Assembly: GCA_963829055.1 (NCBI GenBank)
Contig: CAWHHI010000003.1
Coordinates: forward strand, 32,001-96,000
DNA from: an uncultured Gemmatimonadaceae bacterium
GTDB taxonomy: Bacteria; Gemmatimonadota; Gemmatimonadetes; Gemmatimonadales; Gemmatimonadaceae
Direction of reading: 5' to 3'
DNA length: 64,000 nt
The position numbers were made by a program, and so were the translations under genes. The first letter of the stretch is position 1, and the number at the start of each line of letters is the position of its first letter. Of this stretch, positions 9,837 through 21,053 are shown piece by piece. The notes under the pieces are model-generated. The model was not told where the DNA came from, ran no database searches, and worked only from the letters and a program-made list of their open reading frames with translations.

Positions 9837-10463
9837 ATGAGCGCCGAACCGAGACCCGACTTCGGAGAGTTCGCCGAGTTTGCCGAGACGCTTCGAGGCC
9901 AGCGAGTCCACACCGCGCGCGTCGTTAGGCGCGCGCTGCGCCGGGCCAGCAGTCGCTACCCCGAAGGGTTCGCCGAGGAGTTGAACGACGTGTCGCGTGC
10001 GTTCGACGGCACGTTGGGCGATCTGGATCGCGCGGCCGAAGAGCTTCGCGCCCAGAACGAGGCACTCTTCTCGGCGCGCCTCGAGCTCGAAGGGTCGGCG
10101 GCGGTGTTTCGAGATCTGTTCGAGCTTGCCCCGTGCGCCTACGTGGTCACGGATGCAGACACCGCGATCATCTATGCGAACGACGCTGCCTGTACATTGC
10201 TCCATCGTTCCAAGAACGCCCTCGCGGGTAAGCCGCTGATCTGTTTTGTACCACTCGAACACCGAAGCTCTTTCCGGGCAGCGGTGTTGAGAAGTAGTGT
10301 GAATACGGCAGTGACTAGCTGGCCGGCCGTGCTGTTCCCAACTGGCGCCCCGGCGGAAATCGCCTGTCGAATGCGGGTCAGGCCTGCGACCGCTCCCGGT
10401 ACGCAACAGCCTCGCGCGCTCTACTGGAACATCACGGAGGAGTCCGATGAAGACCTCTTCTGA
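9837..10463 (+). CDS. PAS domain protein with N-terminal coiled coil
   Basis: EELRAQNEAL...FRDLFELAPCAYVVTD...IIYANDAACTLL...GKPL; GAGG RBS. Confidence 0.8.
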   Translation: MSAEPRPDFGEFAEFAETLRGQRVHTARVVRRALRRASSRYPEGFAEELNDVSRAFDGTLGDLDRAAEELRAQNEALFSARLELEGSAAVFRDLFELAPCAYVVTDADTAIIYANDAACTLLHRSKNALAGKPLICFVPLEHRSSFRAAVLRSSVNTAVTSWPAVLFPTGAPAEIACRMRVRPATAPGTQQPRALYWNITEESDEDLF

Positions 10464-10944
10464 CACTGTGACGCCGACGCGAACAGCGCCGGTGTCGACC
10501 AGCTCAGAACGGAGCGAGGACGTAGGCATCATCCTGGATGCACTTCGCTCGATCGTGCGCGAGCTCCGGCTCGCATCACGGGAAGCCGAACAACGCGTCG
10601 GAGTTCACGGGGCCCAGCTTCACGCCCTCCGTCAACTCGCTGATGCACCATCAATGTCACTCACCGAGCTCGCGGACCGCACGCACACCGACATCAGCTC
10701 GGTCAGCGTCGTCGTGAGCCGCCTGGTCGAACAAGGCCTCGTTGCCAGAAAATCGGCGGATGATGATCGGCGCCGACTGTCGCTTGGCCTCACCGCCCGC
10801 GGGCGTTCGCTGCTGCGGCGTGCACCAGAAACCGGCACGTCCCGACTCCTTCGGGCCGGTGCACACCTGAGCGACCGGGAAGTCCACACGCTCGCGAGCG
10901 GACTCGAAAAGCTCGTAAGCGGACTGGAGCGTTCAGACGGCTGA
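10447..10944 (+). CDS. MarR family transcriptional regulator
   Basis: SLTELADRTHTDISSVSVVVSRLVEQGLV..DDRRR..LTARG. Confidence 0.88.
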   Translation: MKTSSDTVTPTRTAPVSTSSERSEDVGIILDALRSIVRELRLASREAEQRVGVHGAQLHALRQLADAPSMSLTELADRTHTDISSVSVVVSRLVEQGLVARKSADDDRRRLSLGLTARGRSLLRRAPETGTSRLLRAGAHLSDREVHTLASGLEKLVSGLERSDG

Positions 10945-10972
10945 TTCGCAATACGTGACGACCGATCACCTC

Positions 10973-11008
10973 AAGGCCCCCGAGAGCGTACGCTCTCGGG
11001 GGCCTTTT
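10973..11008. terminator. Intrinsic terminator between convergent genes
   Basis: AAGGCCCCCGAGAGCG-TA-CGCTCTCGGGGGCCTT-TT hairpin plus T tract. Confidence 0.8.
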
Positions 11009-11116
11009 CACTGCGGGACCATGGGATGCGAATTGGCGGACTTATGACGGACGTTTTGGGGCGTGTTCAAAACTCTGTGGAGAATGTTCAAAACTTTGAA
11101 CCGACCCTTCATAACT

Positions 11117-12922
11117 TCAGTCATTCGCCCGTTCAGAGCCGTTACCAGACTCCTCTGTAACGCCGACACCCGCCTTCTCATAGTAGGAGCCGCGCTTCTC
11201 CCCGCGAACCACCAGCTCGCCTCGACGCACCAGCTTCTCGAGAACTCCACGCGCCTCCCGTCCCTCGACACCACAGAGCTCAGCTGCTGCCGAGCGGGTG
11301 ATGCGGCCGTGTAAGTCCACGTAATCCATGATCTTCCGCTCGCGCGCCCCCGCATGCTCGGCCGCCACATCCTCGTCGAAGTCCTCGACCCCGAGCGTCT
11401 GCGCGACCGCTGACGTGAAGTAATAGACCCGCTCACGCCTGTCCTCCCAGGAGTCGAGCAAGCCGGACTCGACTAATCGATCCAGCACTGCCCGAGTCGG
11501 GCCCTCCAAACGCTGAACGAGCGCCGCTGCCCGCCCGATCCCCATGGGCTCCTGCTCCCGCGCCATGGCATTGAGCAGCAGCAACGCGTCCAGCGACAGC
11601 CGCTTGCCCGGCACATCCCGCTCTGCCACCAACCTCGTAATGGCCACATTTGCTGGGCCATCATGCAGAATTACTTGCACTGTAGCGACAGTAGAGCGCG
11701 AGTAATCCGGCACTTGGCGCCCGTATCGAAGTTGCCCCTCGAAGATCGTATCAATGCCGCGCCCGGTCCGCTCGACCAGGCCAATACGTTTGAACGCGTC
11801 CGCCAAAACAGGATTTCTGGGCCGAGGTGGCGCGACGAGGATGTTGTCGAGCTGCACCTGATCGGGGAAACCGCCGGGGTTTGATACTTCGATCTCGTCG
11901 CCGGATCCGCCGGGAATGCCCGCCTCGCGCAGCTGAACGTGTACCGCTCCGGCACGGGTGTAGTCCCGATGGACGAGTGCGTTATGGAGCGCCTCGCGAA
12001 ACCCGGATGGGCTATGCGCCGGAACGCCCACGCGCACCATCCCCACCGCTAGCTCGTCCTCCTGGTTCCGCGCGTCGAACCGGAGCGCCACTTCTTCCGC
12101 CGTGCGCACGAGCGGCCATCGCACGAACTCGTTGACTGCCACTCGCGTCCCTCGAAGTACCTGAAACGCGACTTCGTGGTTCGGCACGTAGCGCTTGATC
12201 GCCTCCTCGCGCCCGACCATCAGCAACGCCGCGACGCGCACCCGGTCGAGTCGATCGCCATGCTCCCCCGCCCCCTCCGCGAGTCCGAGCGCGCGGACAA
12301 TCTCCGCGTCCGAGAGGTCGAGCAGGGTGGCGTCCGCTCGCCCGCGATTGAGTGCAACCGTCCGGCGAACGCGCTCGATCTCCAGCGGATCGAGATCCTC
12401 CCACCGTGCCTGCGGGACAACGAGCGCCGTGTAGTCCAGCGCTCCACGGGTCGCTTCGCGACTCTGGATCTCGTGGACGAGAAAGGGAACGCACATCGGC
12501 TTACCATGCGCGTCGGTCCCGCGACGCCGGTATACGCCATCGCTCGTGGAAGTTACCGGTCGACCAGCTGGTATCTCGATCGCCAGGATCTCCACACCAT
12601 CGACCGTGAGCAGGCTGCACTCGACCGGGCAACTCGGCACCGTCCGCCCCGCGATCATGAGCGCGACCCGATGCGGGTCGGTATACGTGCCGTGGCGATG
12701 AGCGATCCCGGTCGGACGACCATCGTCCGTCACGCCAGCGAGCACGACACCGCCATGGCCATTCGCGAGACACACGACGGCGTCCACGAGTTGATCATCG
12801 CGCAGCGGCGCTTCCGCTTCGGCGATGAACTCGGTGGTGAACTGCTCGCCACTCGCGAGGAGCCGGCGAAGCTCGGCGTCGGTGAGCACGACGGGCGGCG
12901 GGTGAGGGCGGAGGTACGGCAT
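11117..12922 (-). CDS. Schlafen/AlbA_2 domain + HATPase_c_4 + C-terminal HTH protein
   Basis: GEQFTTEF, VVCLANGHGG..GVTDDG (AlbA_2); REALHNALVHRDY, EVSNPGGF, PRNPVLADAF, VERTGRGID (HATPase_c_4); GRITRSAAAELCG (HTH). Start placed at ATG 12922. Confidence 0.8.
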   Translation of the reverse strand: MPYLRPHPPPVVLTDAELRRLLASGEQFTTEFIAEAEAPLRDDQLVDAVVCLANGHGGVVLAGVTDDGRPTGIAHRHGTYTDPHRVALMIAGRTVPSCPVECSLLTVDGVEILAIEIPAGRPVTSTSDGVYRRRGTDAHGKPMCVPFLVHEIQSREATRGALDYTALVVPQARWEDLDPLEIERVRRTVALNRGRADATLLDLSDAEIVRALGLAEGAGEHGDRLDRVRVAALLMVGREEAIKRYVPNHEVAFQVLRGTRVAVNEFVRWPLVRTAEEVALRFDARNQEDELAVGMVRVGVPAHSPSGFREALHNALVHRDYTRAGAVHVQLREAGIPGGSGDEIEVSNPGGFPDQVQLDNILVAPPRPRNPVLADAFKRIGLVERTGRGIDTIFEGQLRYGRQVPDYSRSTVATVQVILHDGPANVAITRLVAERDVPGKRLSLDALLLLNAMAREQEPMGIGRAAALVQRLEGPTRAVLDRLVESGLLDSWEDRRERVYYFTSAVAQTLGVEDFDEDVAAEHAGARERKIMDYVDLHGRITRSAAAELCGVEGREARGVLEKLVRRGELVVRGEKRGSYYEKAGVGVTEESGNGSERAND

Positions 12923-13036
12923 GCACCAGCCGTAATGCGCGCGTCGCGCGAGCCGGTGCGTCGGGTCTGGCAAGCTACCCGGTCGCACGACGTGGTCAAG
13001 CTGAATCGCTACCGGTCATGACGTCGCGCGGCGCGA

Positions 13037-14484
13037 TCAGCGCTGCGGAACGACGACTCCGTCCTTGATCACGGTTTTCCCGGCCAGCACCGCCTCGGGA
13101 TCCTCGAGTGGGTTGCGATCGAAGATGACGACCTGCGCCTTGCGGCCGGGCTCGATCGTTCCGTAGTCGTCCTCGCGTTCCATCACGCGCGCGCCACCGC
13201 GAGTCGCAATGCACAGCACGTCGGCCATCGGGATTCCCGCGCGCTGGAGCAGGATCATCTCCGGAAAGCACCGCATGGCCGGGGTCGAGCCAGTCGGTAC
13301 CGACCGCCAACCCAACGCCCGCCTCGTGCATGCGCCGGACATAGCCGGCGAGGATCTCGTACCCGCGCCGCGCGCGATCGCGCTGCGCCGGCGTCCACGC
13401 GTCGGATCGATCGAACGTGCCTAACGACTTCGTCGTGTACGGCGCGAACCCCACCCGCTGCGCGAAGATATGGAGCGTCGGCGTCACCGTCGCTCCGCTC
13501 CGTGCGAGGTCCTCGATGAGCGCGAGGAGTCCAGGGTCGTTCGGCCCGAGCGTATTGAACTGTTCGAGAACACCCCAGTAGAAGCCGGCCGGAGTGTCGG
13601 CGCCCAGCTCCTGACGCATCCGTGCCCAGGCCGCCCGACCCTCACTCGGCGAGATGACCTCGACCCCGAGCGTGTAAGCGTGCTCGAAGTGCCTGACGCC
13701 GAGTGTGAGGGCGCGACGCACGGACATGACGCCGAAGTCAATGTGCGTCGTCACGTGCATGTGGAGGCGCTGCGCTTCTCCGAATGCCGCTACGTATTCA
13801 GGCTCGCGCAGCCGCCAGTACAGCTTGACGTCACGAAGTCCCGCGTCGTGGTAGCGTCGCACACGCGCGACGGCGTCCGCGGAATCCCGCACGATTGCGT
13901 GCCCGACGTACGGTACGCGCCCTTCCTCATGCGACACGAGCGCCCCGCCGCTCGGGAAGAAGTCCGGAGCGCTCGGCGTCGGTCGCATCCACGCCGTCAT
14001 GAGCGCGAGATAGCGCTCGTCACCACCCACCTCACGAACCGCGGTCACGCCAAACGGCAAGTACGCACTGGCCCAGCGGGCGCGGTAGCTGGCGATGGAA
14101 TCCGGCGCGCATGACGAGTCGCGAAACCGCGCCACCTCCCGGCGTGATCGAGTCGGGAAAGACATACGCCGTGTGGTGATGCACATCGATCAGTCCAGGG
14201 ATGACGAGCCGTCCGCGCGCGTCGAGAACCTGGGCCCCACGAAGATCACCGCGCAGCGTGTCCAGCGCAGAATCGGCCACGACCTGGATGATGCGATCGC
14301 CACGCATGACGATGGCGCGATCGGGCAACGTCTTCGCGGTCCGCGTGTCGAGCACGGTCGCGTGCCGCACGACGAGTGCGCGCGGCTCCTGTACGCCCTT
14401 ATCGGGTGCCCCTTCCGACGCGCGACACGCCGCTGCGACGGCGATGCCAGCAGCGACACAGGTAACGCACGTACGTAGGCTCAC
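13037..14484 (-). CDS. Amidohydrolase family protein (split by two frameshifts)
   Basis: DARGRLVIPGLIDVHHH; FGVTAVREVG, HFEH; ATRGGARVM..YGTIEPGRKA spread over three frames. Confidence 0.75.
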
Positions 14485-14531
14485 ACCACATCAACCCGCC
14501 GCGGGCTCGGCGAGTCACGCCGTCGAAGCGG

Positions 14532-16200
14532 TCAGCTGATGGCGGATCGCTGATGGCTGATGGCTCCGCGCTCCGCGCGGCCTAACGCGTTATCCCCACG
14601 CCCGGCGTGATGCCCGCGTAATTGCCCGTCATCGACCGCCACCTTGCCGTTCACGACGACGTACTTCATGCCCGTCGCCAGTTCGGTCGGCTTCTGGTAG
14701 GTCGCGCGGTCGCGGAACGTCGCCCCGTCGAACACCACGACGTCGGCGAACTTCCCGCGCGCCAACACACCACGATCCTTGATGCCGAACGTCTCGGCCG
14801 TCAATGCACTCGACTGCTTCACGAACGCCTCGGGCGTCAGGATCTTCTTCGCCTGCACGTACTCCGCCCACTTCTTCGGGAACGTCCCGTACTTCCGCGG
14901 ATGGCCGGACGAGCCGTCGGAGCCCGTCATGACCCACGGGCGGCGCATGAACGCCTCGATGTCCTTCTCGTTCATGTTGAACGACGCCACCGACGCATCA
15001 CCCGCCACCACGATCTGAATCGCCGCTTCCACGGGCGTGATGTTGCGCGCTTTCGCGACCTGCTCGAGCGTCTTCCCGAGAATGGACGTATCGCGCGTCG
15101 AGCTGATGAGGAGCGCGGCCGCCCCGCCGCGGCGACGGAGATTCTCCGTCATGTCCGTGACGAGACGCGCCTTCGTTGCGGCATCCGCGACGCGTGCTCG
15201 CAACGAGTCGCGTCCGCCCACTTCGGCCCAGCGCGGCAACAGCGACGCGCCGACGGACGATCCCGATGCGGTGTACGGGTACTGGTTCGCGGTGACCTTC
15301 TGGCCACCCGCCTGCGCCGCCTCGATGATCGCGATCGCGGAATCGGACCGGCCCCAGACGTCGGTGCCTAACGCCTTGATGTGCGAGATGTGCACCGGCA
15401 TCCCGGCCTCGCGTCCGATGCGAATCGTCTCGCGAATCGCACCCAGCAGACCGACCGTGTACGAGCTCTCGTCGCGAAGGTGGGTGTCGTAGATCCCGCC
15501 CTGCCGAGCGGCGACCTTCGCCATCTCGATCACTTCCTCGGTCGTGCTGTAGCTCTGCGGCGCGTAATACAATCCGGTCGACATGCCGAGCGCGCCTTCG
15601 CGCATCCCCTTGTCCACGAGCGCGCGCATCGAGTCGAGTTGCGGGCCCGCGGCCGCCACATCGGACATCTTCATGACGGCCTGTCGAACCGTACCGTAGC
15701 CGACGAGCAACGCGCCGTTGGACCCGATCCCGTCGGCGCGCCACTTCTCCAGCGTGCGCGCGACTTCGTACGGCCCGCCACCGTCGTTTCCAGTGATGAC
15801 GGTCGTCACCCCCTGCATGAGGTAATCGACGTTCGCCCGACGCTTCGGGTCGTTGCTGGACAGATCCTCGAGGGCGTGCGTGTGCGGATCGATGAACCCC
15901 GGCGCGACGATCAGTCCCCGCGCGTCGATCGTGCGCCGCGCGGTGACGTTCGATTTCGCCGCGTCGCCCACGAACGTGATCCGGTCGCCCGTAATCGCGA
16001 TATCAGTGGTCCGCGCCGCGGCACCTGTCCCGTCGATGACGCGCCCGTTCCGGATCAGGAGGTCCGCCGGGCCACCTTGGGCGCCTTGGGCGTGCGTAAC
16101 GGCGCGGGAGAGCGAGCAGCAGCGGGCCGAGGGCCGAAACGGCGGCGATCCAGCGCATGCGTCGGCGCACGCGCTCGAGGGGGCGGGGAGGAATCATCAT
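14532..16200 (-). CDS. N-acyl-D-amino-acid deacylase (D-aminoacylase); ends affected by frameshifts
   Basis: APGFIDPHTH, QGVTTVITGNDG, GMSTGLYYAP, THLRDE, HISHIK, HPRKYGTFP. Confidence 0.85.
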
Positions 16201-16388
16201 CGCGCAAAATTGCAGCGCCGTACCGGTGCCTTGCCAGTGGCGGGCTGGTCGTACCGGGACACCGTGAACCCTTTACGGCCGTAGGGTTATCCAATCGCGG
16301 GCGTCTGCGACCATGATTGTGGTCGTAGCAACCAGCCCGTGTTCTCGTCTGTCCCAATCGGAGATTCCTTCCACCGAGGCGCCGCGAC

Positions 16389-17208
16389 GTGCACACGACG
16401 ACCGCAACCGCTCTCCCACTTCCGCCTACGCTTGCCGCCGACCTCGGCAAGCATGTCCGCTCGGATATCACGACGGGCGAATCCGGCGCGAACGTCGCTC
16501 GCTTCGAGCGTCCAGGCGGCACCACGGTCTACCTGAAGTCTCGCGCGCTCGGCACGACGCCGCATCGCCCGCTCTTCGAGGAAGGCGAACGGCTCGGATG
16601 GATGCACGCGGTGGGGCTGCCGGTGCCGGCCGTGCTCCAGTACCACGAATGGAAAGGCCGCGAGTACCTGCTCCTGACAGCCGTCCCAGGTCAGGACGCC
16701 TCGGCCCCGCGGCCCGCCGAGCAACATGGGGCGATCATCGCGGCGCTGGCGGCGGGCATGCGGACGCTCCATGCGACGAACATCAGCGCCTGCCCGTTCG
16801 ATCATTCGATTCGCGTGCGCCTGGCCGAGGCCGAGGCGCGTGTCCGGGCGGGCGACGTGGATGAATCGGATTTCGATGACGCGCGGCAAGGGCGGTCGGC
16901 GACGGACCTGTACGCCGAGCTGACCGCGTGTCCGCGACCACCGGAAGACCGGGTGTTCACGCACGGCGACTACTGCCTGCCTAACGTGCTACTGGTCACC
17001 GATGGCGCCGGCGTGCACGTGAGCGGTTTCGTCGACTGCGGGAACGCCGGGATCGCTGATCGCTACCAGGATCTCGCGCTCTGCGCGCGGAGCGTCGTGC
17101 AAAATCTCGGGCCCGAGTGGGTTCCGGCCCTGTTCGCGCGCTACGGTCTCGAACACGTCGATGAGGCGAAGGTCCGATACTATCAGTTGCTCGATGAATT
17201 CTTCTTGA
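16389..17208 (+). CDS. aph(3'): Aminoglycoside 3'-phosphotransferase, APH(3') family
   Basis: GESGANV, HGDYCLPNV, GFVDCG..GIADRYQDLAL, YYQLLDEFF; a TGA lies one base out of frame at 17206-17208 right after the canonical LLDEFF end. Confidence 0.88.
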
Positions 17209-17250
17209 GAACGATCCCTGCCACGCACGTAGGTCGAGTTGGACGTGGCA

Positions 17251-17568
17251 GGGCCGGTGGGAACTACGATTGCGCGGATGAACTGCAAAACAGCCGGATA
17301 CTGCTTTGCATTCGTACTGGCTCTCGCCGGACCCTGAGTGAAATGGGAACGGCCGCTCGGGGACGTCCGGCGTCTCCCGAGCGGCCGTTCCCAAGAATTC
17401 CCGGCTCGTTGCGAGCGGAGCCGTCCCCTACGGGGCGCTATCCTGCTTCTTCCGCGTCATCGCGCGCGATCGCCGTTCCCCTGGCCGCGGCGCGATGATG
17501 CCTGAATGCAAAGGTGTATCCGGTAGTTTCGCCGTACAGATCCGCCCAATCGTAGTTCCCACCGGCCC
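17251..17568. repeat. 318-bp element bounded by 29-bp terminal inverted repeats (MITE-like)
   Basis: GGGCCGGTGGGAACTACGATTGCGCGGAT (17251-17279) vs ATCCGCCCAATCGTAGTTCCCACCGGCCC (17540-17568), 1 mismatch; internal hairpin at 17345-17392. Confidence 0.65.
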
Positions 17569-17734
17569 CGGCGCGATGATCTGTAACGCCTAACGATGCG
17601 ACACGATCGGCGTCCTCACATCCATGGCTCGTCCCGCGACGGACCATAGATCGCGGGACTCAACTCATCATCCGCAGCACTGAGATCTGCTCGCGACGGT
17701 CAGATGCGATCACTCACGTCCTTCGCATACATAG

Positions 17735-17764
17735 TTGACTTAGGTATAAGCCGTGCTCTATACT
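17735..17764 (+). promoter_or_regulatory. Sigma-70-type promoter for padR-ADOP
   Basis: TTGACT-N18-TATACT in an AT-rich patch about 85 bp upstream of padR. Confidence 0.55.
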
Positions 17765-17847
17765 CAGTTCAAATAGGGGTGCGCGCTGGCACGCGAGCGG
17801 CCGCACGTGGAGCATGAACGACTCATCGCACTCTCTCGAACACGCTC

Positions 17848-18180
17848 ATGGCCGGCTCCGATCTCTTCACGGGTACGCTCGACATTCTGATCCTCAAGGC
17901 ACTCACCTGGGGACCCCGACACGGCTACGCGATCGGCCGCTGGATTCGCGAGACCACGGAAGACGTGCTCGCCGTCCAGGAGGGCGCCCTCTACCCCGCC
18001 CTGCACCGGCTCGAGCGACGCGGCGTGATCTCCGAGGAATGGGGCCAGACCGACACCGGGCGTCAGGCGAAGTACTACACGCTGACCGCCGCGGGCCGCG
18101 CGCACCTGAGAGCCGAGGCCGCGCGCTGGACGGCGTACTCACGCGCGGTCACGCGCGCACTCGCCGTCGCCTCGGCGTGA
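17848..18180 (+). CDS. PadR family transcriptional regulator (ADOP-associated type)
   Basis: GTLDILILKAL..GPRHGYAI...EGALYPALHRLE...AKYYTLTAAG. Confidence 0.92.
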   Translation: MAGSDLFTGTLDILILKALTWGPRHGYAIGRWIRETTEDVLAVQEGALYPALHRLERRGVISEEWGQTDTGRQAKYYTLTAAGRAHLRAEAARWTAYSRAVTRALAVASA

Positions 18181-18231
18181 GCCCAACACGGTCAACGACA
18201 CGACGCGACCCTAACGATTGGTAGCGGCATC

Positions 18232-20971
18232 ATGAAGCGCACCTTCCGACTGAGCGACACGCGGCCGGATCCACGGCGCGACGTCAGCGACGAGATCCGG
18301 TTTCACCTCGACATGCGTGCCAACGAGCTGATCGAGCAAGGCATGCCACGCGAGGATGCGTGGCGCGAGGCGCGGCGCCAGTTCGGCGACGTGGCGGCGA
18401 TAGAAGCGGAGTGTCGCGACGTGCGCACGGTGCGCACGCGTGAACGGGGCCGTCGCGAATGGCTCCGCGGGCTCACGATGGATCTGCGCTTCGCGCTGCG
18501 CTCGCTGCGGACGAACGCTGGATTCACGCTGGCGGCGGTGCTCACGCTGGGGCTCGGAGTCGGCGCGGCCGCGGCGGTATTCACCGTCGTCGACGGCGTG
18601 CTGCTTCGCCCGCTCCCCTACGCCGAACCGTCACGGCTCGTGATGGTCTGGATGAGGAGCTCCACGGCCCAGAGCATCGGGTCGGAGCTCCCGCTGTCGA
18701 GCGGCTTCTACGTCGACGCGCGTGAGAGCGTGAAGGCACTCGCCCCAATGGCCGCGTTCCGCTCGTGGCCATTCGTGCTGGGTGGAGCGGACGCGAGCGC
18801 GGAGCCCGAGCAGATCCCCGGATCGCGAGTGGAACCCACCCTGTTCGAGACGTTAGGCGTGCGCCCGCTGCTCGGACGCACGTTCACACGCGAGGAGTCC
18901 ACCCCTGGAGCTCCACGCGTGGCGGTGATCTCGTACTCACTCTGGCAGCGCCGGTTCGGCGGCGCTCGCGACATCGTCGGCCGAACGGTGACGCTCAGCG
19001 GCGACCGCTATTCGGTCATCGGCGTTATGCCGCGCGGGTTCGCCTTCCCGCGTGGTGCCGAGCTGCCGCCCGGACTGCAGTTCGGACCGCGAACCGACAT
19101 CTGGACGCCGCTCTCGTTCTCTGGCGCCGACCTCACGAACTACGGAACATTGAACCTGGCTGCCGTCGCGCGACTGACGCCGGGAATCGCGTCTCGAGCG
19201 GCCGAGTCGGAGCTCGGGACGTTCGGCGCTCGACTCATGCGTGAGCTCAAGGTGCCAGCGGGCCAGTTCGCGTACTCGATGGTCGGCCTCGAGGACCAGG
19301 CCGCGAAGTCGGTCCGCCGCGGACTGCTGGTGCTCCTCGGCGCCGTAGGGTTCGTGCTGCTCATCGCCTGCACGAACGTGGCGAACCTGCTGATCGCCCG
19401 AACCGGCGCGCGCGAGCGTGAGTTCGCCGTGCGCGCCGCGCTGGGCGCCGGTCAGCTGCGTATCGTCCGCCAGCTCGTGACGGAAAACATTGTCCTCGCG
19501 TTAGGTGGCGCGGCGGTCGGCATGGGTATCGCCGTCTGGGGGTCGCGCGTCATGCTCGCGCTCGTTCCCGGCAGCTTGCCGCGCGCGGACGATGTCAGCG
19601 TCGACATCCGCGTGATCGGCTTCGCGTGTATCGTGTCGATCGTGGCAGGGATCGCGTTCGCGATCGCCAGCGCCGTGCACGTCGCGCGGCAGAGCGTCGC
19701 GGCCACGCTCCAGAGCGCGGGGACGAGGCTCACTGGCAGCACACGCCGACGCTTCGGCCGGCGTGTCATCGTGGCCGCCGAAGTCGCGCTGTCGGTGATC
19801 CTCCTCGTGGGCGCCGGGCTGCTCGCCGGCAGCTTCGCCCGCCTGCAGCGCGTGACGCCGGGCTTCGACCCGCGTGGCGTGTTGACGGGAAGCGTGTTGC
19901 TACCGGTCGGTGAACGCTTCGACCCGGTGCACGACGGCCCGCGCTGGGTGCAGTTCTTCGAGCGCTACACCGCGCGTCTCGACGCGTTGCCCGGTGTGAG
20001 TGAGGCTGGGGCGGTGAGCTCACTCCCGCTATCCGGCGCCGTCGAGTCGGGGGATTTCACGATCGTCGGACGTCCAGCGCCAGCGCCGGACGCGAGGCCT
20101 AACGCCGAATACGACGTCGTCGCCGGTGACTACTTCGCGGCCATGGGGATTCGGCTCCTCGGCGGTCGTCGCTTCGATAGTCGCGATCGCGGGGATACAC
20201 CCGGCGTGGTGATCGTGAACCGCGAGCTCGCGCGCCGACACTTCCCCGGCATGAACGCGATCGGCCAGCACATTCGCACCGGGTTCGATTTTTCGAATGG
20301 CCAGACGTCGCGCGAGATCATTGGCGTCGTCGACAACGTCAAGCAGACGTCACTGGACGCCGAGGCGGTGCCGGCGGCGTACGTGCCGGTGTCGCAGAAT
20401 GCCGTATCCGTTCATGAGCATCGTCGTGCGGGCGGCATGTGCGAAGGACGCCCGTGAGTGTGATGCCGCGACGACGCTACCAGCCGTGCGCCGCGAGCTC
20501 GCGAGCATCGATCCCTCGCTCGCGCTCGCGAGCGTGCGTCCACTCGAGGCGGTCTTCGCGGACTCGATCGCACGGCAGCGGTTCAGCATGGCGGTGCTCA
20601 GTGTGTTCGCGGCGCTGGCGTTGCTGCTCGCGCTGGTGGGTCTCTACGGAGTGATCGCGCTCAGTGTCGCGCAGCGGCGGCGCGAAATCGGCGTCCGGAT
20701 GGCGCTCGGCGCGCAGCCTCGCGACGTGCTGGCGATGGTCCTTGGCGAGGGAATGCGGGTAACGCTGCTGGGTGTGGCGATCGGTCTCGCTGGGGCGCTC
20801 GTGCTGACGCGGGTTCTGCGAAGTCTGCTGTTCGACATGAGCCCGACCGATCCGCGTTTCTTCGCGGGATCGGCGTTGCTCGTCGCGGCGGTGGCGCTGG
20901 TAGCGACGTACGTGCCTGCGCGCCGTGCCGTCGGCGTGGATGCAACGTCCGCCTTACGAGATGCGACGTGA
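18232..20971 (+). CDS. ADOP family duplicated ABC permease (MacB/FtsX domains); frameshift at ~20398
   Basis: EIRFHLDMR, DLRFALRSL, VLLRPLPY, LLIACTNVANLL, EIGVRMALGA, YVPARRA. Confidence 0.88.
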
Positions 20972-21053
20972 CCCCGGATGTGTGGTTTCGTTAGCCGTTC
21001 GCAGTTAGCCGTTCGCAGTTTTGGCTGATGGCTCGATGGCCGCTGGCTGATAG

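Noticed and set aside
17209..17498. C-terminal extension of APH in the 369-aa ORF
   Set aside because: Canonical LLDEFF end with TGA one base out of frame; the extension runs through a repeat element
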